From Chrysomallon squamiferum (Eukaryota; Animalia; Mollusca), in assembly GCA_012295275.1 (NCBI GenBank), contig CM022665.1, forward strand, positions 12,834,001 to 12,898,000: DNA of 64,000 nucleotides, written 5' to 3'. Positions 18,813-32,800 of this stretch are shown here, piece after piece. The number at the start of each line of letters is the position of its first letter. The first letter of the stretch is position 1. The position numbers were made by a program, and so were the translations under genes. The notes under the pieces were generated by a model, which was given only the letters and a program-made list of their open reading frames with translations, was not told where the DNA came from and did no database searches.

Positions 18813-19617
18813 ATTCATAGCGAAATGGAAATTAAAAATAATAAAAAATAAAAGCTATTATATATCCAGAAAAAATGCTGAAGTTGCACTTAATTACGTG
18901 CTTATCGACGTTAATTCTTTTAAAGTATCACTACTTTGGCTCTTGATGCAGTGGCTCCAATCGATTAAACTATGCGATACCAAATCATTTTCACATTAAA
19001 AGTGCAAAAGCGTATTAAGTGCAGCAATCAACATGAAAAATCTAAATATCTTATAAGCTAGACTTAATAATATTGCTTAATAATCACAGCTTACAGATCG
19101 GATTAGTTTTGTAAAAAAAAAAAAAAAAATTATAATAAAATAAATAAATAAAATAATAATAATAATAATTTAAAAAATAGACGAGAAAACAAAGAAAACA
19201 AAAATACACAAAACAAACAACACACCTATCTCCATTTATGAGGTTTCTACTGTGGCTACTGCTATTACTGCTGTTACTATTACCACCATCAACACTACCA
19301 AACTACTACTTCTACTACTACTACTACTGCAACAACTATTACTATTATTAGGACAACAGCTACTACTACTACCACTAAGTCAACTATACTATTACTAGTA
19401 CTTCTACTACTACCACCACCACACCATCACCATCACCATCACCAAACCACAAGTATTTTTACTACAACAAAGACTTCAACACTCATCGGTGTAAAGGTAT
19501 TTCATACCTATCATATCGACAAACACTTTCTTCTTGGCTGTGAATCCTAACATCCCTGCAGCTCTGCGTAAGTCTGTCACTGTTATGAACCTAAAGAAAA
19601 ATAACAGCAGAATATAT

Positions 19618-19669
<52 letters not shown>

Positions 19670-20662
19670 GGATAGATGACAGATCGTTGGATCGACAGAC
19701 AGATATAGATATATCGATATAAAGATAATAATAATATATAGAAAGATAACAGATAATAAACAGGTGGACATTTAGATAGACAGATAGATAAATGCATAGA
19801 TAGACAGAACAGGCAGATTTCTATAAGGATCATAAAAGGTTTGAATCATATATAGTCACTGATAACAATGATGTAATGGGATGGTCAAACAACTTTAACA
19901 TTTTATTCATACTTACCCTTTTCCTTTGAGATCGAACATGTCAAAAACTAGACGCAAATCGTTGATTTCCTCTGTTGTTAAAGAGCGTCGGATGTTTTCG
20001 GGGAGCCTCTCAATGGGACCCTTTCTACCCTCGTAAAAATCGGCCGCTAAGGCCACGAAATCAGTTTCTTTTTTTTTCGAAAGGCCGTGCTTCGCTTCAA
20101 TTTCCATATTAAATTTCTGTGTTTCTTCTTTCAGCTGTTCCCGTTCTTTGTTAGAAGCAGATCGAATCTCTCTCCTGAGATGTCCCTCTATAACGCTTCG
20201 GCTTTGATGCACGTTTGGCAAGATGGTGATTCCTTGGCTTTTTCGTTTCTCTTCAAACTGTTTTAAAAACTTCTTTTTTTCATCTAGTCTTTTACGTTTC
20301 TCTTTTATTTTTCTCTCTTCATCTGCTGCCTTCATTTTCTCCAGCTCTTGTAGTATCCGCAACTTTCCAATGGATGATGTCTGCGGAGTGTCTTCTTTGG
20401 AACGTAACTCTGTTTGCTCGCTTGATGAAAGTCTGCAACTGTCGCCTTCGCTTCCTTGTCGATATATTTCTGCATCTTTGCTGTCTGGTTTACCTTCATC
20501 GCTATTTTCATACGTTTCTTGATATGGAGTATAATCCTCGTTTTGTCTTTTTTCTGCTTCATTATCACAATTCGAAACAGCAGTAGAGACTTCTTCATTA
20601 AGTTGGTCTTGTTGTACTGAATCGTAATCAGATGTAGTTCCGTCATCAGAACTGTGAGACAT
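17781..20662 (-). CDS. Centrin/caltractin-like EF-hand protein with long charged N-terminal extension (382 aa)
   Basis: Exons: 19917-20662, 19508-19590, 18587-18693, 17781-17993; 1149 nt, GT-AG introns, phases 2/1/0. The C-terminal ~150 aa reads LTTEEINDLRLVFDMFDLKGKGFITVTDLRRAAGMLG...KGRVTFVNFLDFI...DPYDEILQGFRLLDTTNKGFLTFEDIR...IREMIQEADKTGNGEIRKEDFIQLMLQT, a calmodulin/centrin four-EF-hand fold. An in-frame stop lies upstream of the ATG, and an acceptor at 20727-20729 implies a 5' UTR intron. Confidence 0.88.
18745..18808. repeat. (GA)n microsatellite
   Basis: Direct reading. Confidence 0.95.
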
Positions 20663-23335
20663 TTTGTCAGACTGCAGTCGTTATATCCGTGTAGACCTTG
20701 TCACCTTTCCTTCTGCAAAACGTCAACTGGAAAAATAAAAACAAAAGTAATGATGATAATAATAATAGTATAATACAAACACATATATACAGATTCACAC
20801 ATACATAGATATTTATGTACATGCTTGCATACATATAAGCATAGAGGTAATAATGGTAGTAATAGTGGAACTAGTAATAGTAGTAGTAGTAGTAGTAGTA
20901 GTAGTAGAAGTAGCAGAAGTAGCAGTAACAGAAACAATAGTAGTAAGAATTGTAGTAGTAGTAGTAATATCAATGGCGGCAGCATTAGTAGTTGTTGTTT
21001 AGTTCTGGTAATAGTTAGTGACATGACTAACATTTCCAGCTGATGCAACAGAAACAGGAACAGTTAAAAATAACTGAATAATAATTTATATTAGTATTGT
21101 TTATTACGAGAATTCTTGCCGTTTTTTCTTTTTATCACAGACTGTGCAACAAATCGAATAGCTCTCGATTTAACCACTTTTAAAACAACTCGGTCTGTTT
21201 GACTTGGTTCTTAACTAACAACCTCCTCCATTCCTTCGGTCCTAGAACTGTATCTTTCCTGATTAGTGTCAGTATTAAACAACTCCAATAGTTAGACTTT
21301 GTTTTTTAACTGACATTCGCCTCAACTCTGTAACTCCTAGAAACTCTGATTTTCCACGACTACAGTCAGCTTTTTAAAAATATCTTCAGCAGTTTCTACA
21401 TTTACAAAAATTTCCTTATACACTGCTAACTTCACATACGTGTTATTTCAAGGTTGACATTCCATTAACGTTCAGCCAGTGCCAGGTTTCATGGATTTCC
21501 TTCAGCGTGAATCGATAATGTCCAAGGAAACCAAACAGGCTTGTTTAAGTAGAGGTCGTTTGTTTATCTTCGGATATCAGCGATAGCTTACGTCCATACA
21601 ATACGTGGATATCGGACAATCAAATAACATTTTCTTTTTGTACCTCTTAACGGTCGGTGATCATAATCGCGTTTTGGTCTCGCGGACACTTCGCCGACTT
21701 GGGACTTGTTACCGGCTACAATAACAATGTGCTACTGAAGGTTTATAAAGCAAAGATCTTTTGTCACTGTCAGCAAGAATCAGAATATGATGAACAATAA
21801 TCGTTATCGTGTGGCTGTTTCAATGTGGGTTGCGCATGGATGGGTCTAACTGAGCGACCATTTAACCGTGATAATGACAATGGTATTTCCTCACATTTGG
21901 GAGACAGCCAAAATGTACAAAACAGATAAATCTATTGTTTAAATCTTACGCTGTCGTGTAAGTGTAATGCCTGCAACGGGCATATGAGTTTATATATATC
22001 CCTGTGTAAGTAAGACTATATACGATAATGGTCGGTTCAGTAGGCTTGGTGATGAAACATTTCATAGGTGTTTTGGTATTATTAGGTCCATTATATACAT
22101 GTCTGATATAAAATAAATAAATTCTTACAGTTACTTTGTCGAGCTAGTAATTAAGCGATCGGTCATACTATTTGTCATCCTGTCTTCCTCCACTGGCCTA
22201 TTTCCCGTTCTAACCAATGTCTCACGAGTGGTATATCACAGGTCTTGCTATATATGTATATATCTTGCTGCTAACCTCTAAGTCACTGACTAGAACGTTT
22301 TTCTCCCAAATTATCGATTCAAAAGATAATTTGTCACATAGTAATTCTTATTAATATTGTTAAACAAATTCCTTCTTCCATTTATTAGTGTAAAATTAAA
22401 GCAGAAGCCATTGTATCAATATGGTCCCATTATAAACCATTACAGTTCGTTGACTGTTTTTCACTGCAAAGCCAAGCATGGCTGAATAAATATATTAAAC
22501 TGTGTTGTTAAACGTTATGATAAATTATCAAGACACAGTCACTGTTTGTTTAATCACTCAGAATATTCCCGAGAAAGCTTTGTAAATATTTAGTAATATG
22601 GATTAATATAGGGCTATAATACAATAAACGCCTGTGACCTAGGAAATGTTAAATAATAATTTACAATATTACAGCTGTGTCATTTTCAAATGAGTTACAA
22701 ATTGACTAATACAGCTATTGCAACTTCTTTTACAACTGCTATTAGTCACCACTATTACTATCCCTACTGCTACTGAAACAACAAAAACAACAACAAAAAC
22801 AACAAGAACTACTGCTACTACTACTTTTTTCTACTGGTACTGGCACTGAAATCACTATTATTAGAACTACTATGACATCTGCTATTACTAATACCCATAT
22901 TATTACTACAACTATAAACATTACTACCACCACAACCACTACTGTTACCACTACTACATTTGCTAAATTACTGTTACTACTGGAAGTAATAATATGAAGA
23001 AGACAAAACAAAAAAAAAAAAAAAAAAATTTAAAAAAAAAAGACCAAATCAAGAAAAAATTATTTTATAGTGATTCTTTAGGGAAAAACAGTGAGACACT
23101 TCAGAAAGAATTTGGTACTTTTAAAAAAAAATGTCAAATCAACTGCTCTGCCCCTATAACCAAAGAACCATGTTGTGGCCATGACTAGTAAAGTAATAAA
23201 ACAAACAAATAAAAAACCCAAACAAACAAAAAACAACAACAACAAAACAGACCCACAATAAAAATCACCCCTCCCCCCCAAAAAAAACCCCGCACACGCA
23301 AAGTAACAACAACAAAAAAATAAAAAATAAATTTT

Positions 23336-23368
<33 letters not shown>

Positions 23369-24421
23369 CTCTATGTATGTATTTGTTGCTTTTGAATATT
23401 TTTAGTTTAAAAATATAAAAATAATTAAAAAATTAATAGTAGTAAATCAAATAGTATATATATATATATATATGTATGTGTATATATATATATATATGTA
23501 TGTATATATATCTTTATATATATATAATAAAAAAACAATTTAAAAAATTAAGATAAAAGATTATAAATAAAAATGAAATAATAGAACCTAACACTGTACT
23601 GCTGTTTTATATCAGTTTTATGTCATTTCTTTAATAATTTAAAATACACCATTTTTAAAAAATATATACTCAGATTTTCTTACCTGTTTTTGTTTTTTGA
23701 ACTAGCCTCAAACGAAAAATATATAGTGTTAGCCTGCTGATTGTGATTAATCTTGTCAAGTCATGTTTTTTATTTTTCGCTGTGTGTACATTGGGTGAAA
23801 CCAGTCTATCAATTGGACATACTGCTAGTTACTATACAAAGCAAAACTGAACATTTTAATTATTATTTCTCATATCAAAGGTGGTCCTTTCCAGTGGGTT
23901 GGTTTTTATGATATGCAATATAAAAGTTTGATCAGTGAAAGTATTCAGTGAACCTGAATGAAACCCAATCTATTGCACTCATTTTTTTTGGTGTTTGGTT
24001 TCTTGCTGTCAATTACACTTTGCTGTCTAGCATTAGATTACTGAATTTGTAATAACATAGGTCAACAAAGAAAACTATAGCATAGAAGTGTGTTGTGTGT
24101 GTTTATGAGAGAGACACTGAGTGAGATAGCATGAATAGGTAGTGTGAAAGAGAGAGAGATAGAAAGAGAAAGAGGGATAGAGTAAGAGAGGCATAAAAAG
24201 AGAGACAGAAAGAAAGATAAAGAAAAAAGAGAGAAAGAGGAGAAAGATGTAGAAAGAAAGAAAGAGAGGTGTAGAGAGATAGAGAATGAGAGACTAAGAG
24301 AGAAATACAGAGAGAAAAGAGAAAGAGAGAGAGAGAGAAATTATGTTCACATGGTTATGAAAGTAACTGCTGTTTCATCTCAAAATGGACATCTAAACAA
24401 CCTCATAATGTATTTGAATGC

Positions 24422-24593
24422 ACATTAATGTAAATGTTTGTGTGTATATACATTAATGTGAATGTTTGTGTGTATATACATTAATGTAAATGTTTGTGTG
24501 TATATACATTAATGTGAATGTTTGTGTGTATATACATTAATGTAAATGTTTGTGTGTATATACATTATTGTGAATGTTTGTGTGTATATACAT
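24422..24593. repeat. Minisatellite, 28-bp unit x6 organised as 56-bp dimers
   Basis: Unit acattaatgt(a/g)aatgtttgtgtgtatat; the A and G variants alternate strictly. Confidence 0.95.
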
Positions 24594-25454
24594 ACTTGTG
24601 GATATATGGATTGGTATATGCATACTGCCTTGTGTACACACACACATACCTAAGTATCTGAGTGTGTATATGTATCCATGTCTACACATACATATTGACA
24701 TGACTTTTTTTAAACGTTTATTTTTAGAATGCTTGTCACTAATCTCTGAAAAGAATCATATATTGACACATTTCTCTGGTTTCATTCCTTTATCACTAAA
24801 ATGTCTCACTTGAAGTATTTAGTTTTGTTATTTAGCAGTTTATTTCAATCAATAACTGTAATACATGTACTTTATTTGAAAGAAGTCATATCACAATTTT
24901 TATAGTTTTTATGTGATGACTTTCTTTAGTCACCTTATTATACATCTCTTTTAAACAGTAAAATTGTTTTGTCTGTACTTAAAGTGATCAGTTTCCTCAA
25001 AATACACTGAATTAGGGTTTTACACCAAGACATTACTCATTAGATGACTCACTATTAATTCACTGATTAATTGTTTTATTTTATTAAATACACTTTTAAG
25101 AAATTTAAACAATGCAGTCCCAGTCTTGAACACAGGAAAAACACACACACATTTGATTCTTTGTTGAATTCTGGAGTTTAGTGTAGGGAAAATATTTTAA
25201 TTTTATTATCATTGTTTAAACAGCCTTGTAAATGATGAACAGATGCATTTACAAAAATCACTGATGGACCAAATCTTTCAATGGTTTATATAATATCTCT
25301 CTCTCTCTGTCTCTCTGACAAAAAAGAAAATTTTCTTTATAATTTCAATGTATTTTATTGAAACATGCAGATTAACAGTACATAATATTAACACACACAT
25401 ATATTAATTAACATGTATAACATGAAGTCTTGAAAGAAATGGCAAAATAATAAT

Positions 25455-25487
<33 letters not shown>

Positions 25488-25513
25488 CAATGATAATGAT
25501 AATGATAATAACG

Positions 25514-25564
<51 letters not shown>

Positions 25565-28500
25565 ACCAAAATTACACAAAATACTCGTGTAAAAGATAAA
25601 TAAATGCAAGTCGGACGGTATTAAAATAGGATTGATTACAATCGCCACCTGACTGTCACTCTGTATGTTAATGCCTAACAATATAAAGGCATCCATAAAA
25701 CCATTTTCAGATGAGATCATAGAACAACTGGATATTAGTAAATTATGGAGTGTAATCATGTACAGTTTTTTTTCACAACATAACCAGATTTCCAAACATT
25801 AGAATGTTTTTAAAAAATTAAAAAATAAAAAGATAAAAGAGGATGTAAAAATTTCTGGATACTGACTATTAATTTTCTTTTAGTATTTCAGAGTAAGGTG
25901 GGTAAAAATAATAAAAATAAAAACAATATATTTCTAAATGTAAGTGCTTTGTTTAATAAATTTTATCCTAAGCAAAGTATTTACAAATAAGTCAATAGAA
26001 AAAGCCAAAAATAATCCAAATTATAAAATTTTGTTTTTGAAATTTGTTTTTAAATTATTATTTTAATACATTTTGAAAAAAGAATACTAAAATAGTATTT
26101 TATTTTTTAATAATTTACAAAAAAAAAAAAGAAATAAATAAAAAAAAATTAAGGAGGTTTTATGAAAATAAAATATATTGAAAATACATTGGAAAAGTAA
26201 AAATGATTTACCAAAAGCTTTGTAAAACCAAAACAGAGGTTACCAAAAAAAAAAAAAAAAAGAAAAAAAAATTCACAAAAAATACATCACACTTAATACA
26301 TTATATTTTATATGGTAGTTCAGCATTTGATGACAGTCTAAATATGATAAATTGACTAGAAAGAGACATTTATAGAAATATATTTATTTACTTTTTATGT
26401 ATTTACTAACTGCTGAAAAAGGAAAACTGCAGCATTTCTTCTTATTATTGTTATTATTTTTTTTGATGTTTTGTTTTAAAAAAGTAATTTTTGTTATAAA
26501 ACGTTTAGGCTGTTATGAAAAGTTAAAATGAATAAAACATATAAAAAAAAAAAAATTGTTTTAAGATTTTGTTTATATTTATAGAAACTGTAATCTATTT
26601 TACGTTTTACTTTAATTATAATACCACTATTCGCAAAATAAGATAAACATCCAAATATATATAAATGTAAAATCTAAAAGCACATCTTTCTAAGGTTTTC
26701 AGATCCCAGATCCAAAATAAATAGCCTTTCTTTCACTCCATGGAAAATTCAATTGCACAACCTCACAATAATTAGAAAATAAAACATTTTATTTCTTCTG
26801 CTGTATATGTATTTTTTTTTTAAATCACAGTACTGTACAAGTATAAAGATTATAATACATAGATATATATGATATATACATACACAGTGTTCCACCTCAA
26901 TCCAAAAATCTAATTCAGCTCTTTAGAGCTGATACATTGTAAGTATTATGGCATTTGGATTGTGAATGAAACATTATTTTTGTGGGTCTGTATTTTTTTT
27001 ATTTTATTAAAGAATAACATACTGGTGAAGTGTAAAGTATATCTGATTAATGATACTTCCAGAAATAAATAAACCATTTGTTTATTTTTTGTTTTTTAAA
27101 TTTGAATATTTTGTAGAATAAATAATTCAAAACACAAAATGGGAATATTATAGAACATTCAATCTGTGTGTGTTATCAACAGAGCTCTAAAACAGAGTTG
27201 TTGGTTTTTTTAGTTGTTTTTTTGAAAATATTTATTTTATTTAGTTATTTTTAAACAGTGACTCTTTCATTAAGTAGTGCAGCCTATAATAAAAAGTTCA
27301 TGAGGAATGAGATTAAAAGAAAGAATGAAGCCATTTTTAAAACTAAAAATCAAATATTATGACTATCTGGTAATTTTATGCACTATGTAAGAAGATATTT
27401 ATTTACAAGTCAGGGATGAAATAAAAAAACAATTACAAAGTAATGAGTAACTTTCTACTATTTTATCAATTCTATTTTTTGCTCTTTTTTTTTTATTATT
27501 TCACATTTTTTATGTTGGTTTTTAATTAACTAAAAATATGAAAATTAAAATAATAAATTTCTGAAGTTCAAAGACTTCAAGTCAGTTTTATTATTTTTAT
27601 TATTATTTGTTTTATATTATAAATATACTTTTTTGTGCATTTTCTCAGTTCTTAAAAACTAATATAACATTTAAAAAAAATAATTTACAAAAATGTCCTA
27701 ATTCCAAAACATAGCTGGTTGCTAAAACTACTGTAAAAATAATTTCAGTATTGAAGTATTCACATCTTTACAGATGTTACCATATTATTATTATTATTAT
27801 TTTTAATTTTATTTATTGCTTTTTCAAAATATAATGTTATTTGTTTTTGTTAATTAGTTATTTTCCATAAAAATTATATAATTACATCTGTAACATATTT
27901 TGTGGCAACAGGAAATTTATCTTTTTTTTTTTTTGCTTAATAAATTTTCAGCATCAAAAACATAACAAGATAATTAAGTGGTTTTGTTTATTGATGTAAA
28001 TTTAAAGTTTTTAAAATGCACTTTTCAGAAAACAATCAAATTTAAAAAAATGTTTTTGATTTCTTTTTTCTTCATTTAATTTTTTTTTTTTTTTTAATGA
28101 AATATTTCTTCAGATTCTACCATTTATATAAATAATTTTTTTAAGCATTAATTTTAGTTTTATTTTAAATACAACATTTAAAGTTTAGTTTACTGTTATA
28201 CTTGTTCTGTAAGAGAATTAACTATAAAAGATTTGGCTTCAGAAAACAAAATATTTTGGATGATCTGTTCAAAAGTATTTAACTAATAAAATTAAAGATA
28301 AAATGAAAACCAAAATATTGAATTTTTTTTTTTGATTTAAAAAATATCACTTAAAGAAAAACACATATGTTTTTGAATATAAAAATGAAAGACAAAGTTT
28401 TACTGAATTGATAAAAGATGCTGTGAGCAGAAATTCTTCTATGCATATTTTGAATGTACTGTGTCAAATACCCATAACAAAGGCATTTATAGTACTGAAT

Positions 28501-29853
28501 TCAGTCTAAAATATTAAGAAGAAAAAAATTTCTAATTATAATACTATAAAAATTAAAAAAAACAACAACATTTAAATAAATAATATATTAAAAAAAAATT
28601 AAAAAAAAAACAAAATTAAAAATAAAGAAAAAAGTTAAGTAACTAAATACAGACAGTGCATATCTAAACTGGACAATTCACAAATTACAACTGTCAAACA
28701 AGTTTCAACTAGTCCCTTTACAACAATACATTTTTCTTTGTGGCGAAGAAAACCTGCTTACATTAAAACAGTTTCAAATGTGTTTTTCTTGTGAAAAATT
28801 ATTTTAGTGTAATTATAAAAAAATAAATATTTTGATACTGGTTACTGAAAAAAAATCAAGGACAGCATTCATAAAATTAATAAACTGACTTAAAAAAAAA
28901 AAAAGAACGAATAAAAAGAAATGAAAATTATCAATCTTCAAAATAAATAAAAAGCCATTTCAAATATTCCTATAATTACAGTGCATTAAAAAAAAAAGAG
29001 AAAAAAAAGAGAAAGCTTTAGTTATTTGCAATTTCTATGAATAATTTAGCTATAGAAATTAAAAGAACTTCAAGTTTAACTAAATAAAAAAATTAGCATT
29101 CTATACATATAATATCAAACAGCCAATACACTAAAACATTTTACCATAGGACGGACTTACTCTAAATATTGTTACAAAACATTTGTTTTTGTGTTGTTGT
29201 TGTTGTTGTTGGTTTTTTTTTTTAAAAAGGTGGGACTGTTACTATTTTGATTTTAATAAAAAAAACCATTTTTAAAAAAAGTAAAATGTTTATTATGTCA
29301 CAGATTATGTGGCCAGCTCAACCATAACTATTCACCTATTGCTTACTTCATGTTAAAGCATCAGGTGAAAGATGTTGTTATTATTATTATTTCACTTTTA
29401 GCTTAAAATATAATACTTTGGGATATGGTGTTTTAATTACCTGTACCTTAAAATGATTCTTTTGAAATAAAGATTTAAATTACTATTATTTCAAGTTTTA
29501 TAAAAACTAGCAAAACTGAATGGCAACAGAAATGTATTTTAGTAATATTCATTATGACTAATAGAAAAATTTGTTTAATTTAAAATAAATATACCTATCC
29601 TTCAACCCACCAACCCTCCACAGAACACAAAGGTTAGCTACTGATATAAGCAATAAAAGGTTAAAAATGTTATCACTTCACTGCTGTGATCACAATGTTG
29701 GAGATTCAGTACCTCAAGCACTTGTCTCCAGAAATAAAAAATAATAAAAAATAACAGTTTATGGGATAACTGGCTCACTCTTAAAAAAAAGAAAAAAAAG
29801 AAAGAAATAATAATAAAAGTTAAAAAAATAAAAAATAAATAAAAACATTTAGT

Positions 29854-32800
29854 TTATTCACAAGCCAGCTTGCCATCGAAGCTACTGAGAGCAATCCCGA
29901 ATGCTTGCAGAGCACACATGGGATAGTTAAAGTCCATTGTAAACACATCCTCAGCAACCCGTCCAAACTGCATCACAATATAGTCCACTGGAAAAAAAAA
30001 AAGAAGAGAGAAACAATAGAAAAACCAGCAATGAGATTTAAAAAAATAAAATATAATGATGATAATAATAATAATAATAATAATAATTTTTCTAACTGAA
30101 TACAAATTGTTTTACAGTGTGAATACAGAATCAGAAATTAAAACAGTAGTGATCATTTTAAACAATGTAAAATCAATATGCCAGTATGAAGATAATCTAT
30201 AAAAATGAAAATACTAATATTAAAAACAATAATGGAAAAAGTAAATATTTGTACAAAATTATAACACTGAACTAAAACAATATGCATGGAATACTGTAGT
30301 AGGTTAACTGAATGAATGAAAATCCGTAACACAAAAGAAGTGGAATGGAATTTGTGAATGAATAATATATTATTATTATTAGTATTAGTATTTTTTAAAC
30401 TTAATTAAACCCTCTGTGAAATAATTATGCATATATACAGACATGCATGCACTCGTGTACATACCCACACCAACACACATGTACATGCACATACATACAC
30501 AAAATTGTTAAAATTCTTACCATCATTATCATGAACTATCTGAAAGTTTTTCACAGAAGCTTGTGTTACTCTTCCATGAAAATTTAGCACATATGACTGA
30601 GTCTCTGAAAAAAAAAGAAAAAAAAAGAGTTAAATGCCAGAATACAGATTTGAATATATATATATATTATATATAATAAAATTGCATGGGAACAATGGTA
30701 TAAATAAATATTTTAAAATATTAAAGGTAATATACCATCATTCCAGACAGGTGTTTTGTTGTGAAGTTCTAGAAGATTCTCCATGTTCTTTCTCTTCCAG
30801 CGCTCTATCAAACCATCATGGTCCTGAAAGGAGGCAATTTTTTTTAATTAAAAGTGCAATGTTTTATTTAACAACTCACTGAATGAATTTTATTCTACAG
30901 ATTTATGTTATGATGATACTGATAGAGAAAGGAAACATGCTGATGCCATAATGATGAGTTACGTTTTTTGTTTTTTTTTAATAGCGGCAATGGTTTATTT
31001 ATTATTCACTTCTATAAAGTAATAATTAAATAAATAAATAAACAAAAAAAAAAAAAATCAGGAAGGTAAAAAAAAAAAAAATAAATAAATAAATAAACAA
31101 AATATTGTTTTTATACCATTACAAAAACTCATAAAAACAGTTAATGATGAAGATTTTGCTACATACTCCTCTAGGTTTGATATCCACTCTGTCGTGATCC
31201 AAGTTCATGCCTGGAATAATGACAGTCATTTTTCTTGGTCCTCGGAATCCCAGAACATTAGTTTCCTAAAGAAAAAAGAGAAAAATATTAAATGGCAAAA
31301 AAAAAAAACCAAAACCCCCCCCCAAAAAAAACAACAAAAAAACCATATGTAAACATTATGTAAAACAGATTTATTTCTAAAATTATCATACCAAATTTTA
31401 CTAACTTCAGTTTCACTGTAGTTAATTTAAAAAATTTAATCTCTATTTTTGATCCTATTCTTCTAAGCTCTATGACTAGCTGTTATCTGAGAAGTATTGT
31501 GTGATAGTAAAAATTATATATACTACAAATGCATAAACCCTTATGCCACCACATTTGATTGGCTTTACATTTGTTATTATCTTTTCAGTTTGGTTTCTTA
31601 TAAGCAATTTATAATTTAACCAAATCTGATATCTTCAGAATCAACTTTAAGCTATCAACTCATGTCTTAATATATATATATATATATAATTATTCTTTCA
31701 GAAATACTTTCTATATCTAATATGTTGCATAATCTAAAATAAATTAATTTTTAGCAATTTATTTTCCCCTACCTATGCTATTATTAGAATCAATATAATT
31801 AAAGAAGTAATAACTAAAATAAAAAGAACTACAGGAGGCAAATCTAAAAAACCTGACACCGCTTTTTGCAACAGATAAATACATACATGCTGGAAAGGAA
31901 ATATCTAAAAGCTGAACAAATATGCACTGTTTTCATTTTAGTTATAACGTTAAATTATATACATATTTAAAAACTGAATCTCTACATAAACAAGAAAGGT
32001 TGTTCATGTAAATATATTAAAGCTGAATTAATTAATTACATCTTTGTTTGCAACATCTAGCAGATAATCTTTGAAGGAAAAGAAAGTTTAATCTGGATAG
32101 AAAAAATTTAACTTTTGCAAACAGTATGTAAAAGTGTCGTATATATAACTAATTTTATGTAGGGTTAAGGAAAACATTGTTGTTTGATACAACAATAGGA
32201 TTATGTTCGACAAATCTGTATTAACATTACATTTCTGAAAAGTAGTTTTCATGTATATTCAGCTGATTTTGAAAAATCATAAAATGCCTTAGTCTGGATA
32301 AAGAAGCATAAAGCACATAAACATGCAGGTTGGTTTTTTAATAAAACAGCTGAAGATAAATATTAATATTATGTATCTGTTAGCTTGTTCTTGGCTTCAT
32401 TAATCAACCCTTAGTTAAAAACAGGAAATCAAGAAAAAGAAAGAAAAAACATTGTGCACAGACATTTTTGAGTGAAATTATTCACAAACAGAATGGTTTG
32501 TGAGTTTAATCAGTCAACATCTTGTGTTGACACTTACTCGTATTTTTGCAGGATTGTATGAACTCTGGTAATACAATTTTCCATTTGTTTGCAATAAACA
32601 AAAAGAAAAACAACAGAATACTTGTTTGTTTAGTAGGGAGCATAAACTGAATATAAAATAAGCATAATTTTCTTCTTCTTTTCAATAAGTAATTAATAAA
32701 AATTAAAAAAATTAAAAAAAAATTTCAAATAAATTAATTTAAAAAAAACCCAACTCTTATTTCTTTAATTGGGAGCGAAAACTAAATTAAAATCCAGCAT

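Noticed and set aside
20223-20646. Overlapping ORFs inside the large EF-hand gene exon
   Set aside because: Alternative-frame or antisense shadows with no recognisable domain.
25514-25562. Poly(A) tail of a retrocopy
   Set aside because: Preceded only by (AAT)n; no element body or TSD is visible.
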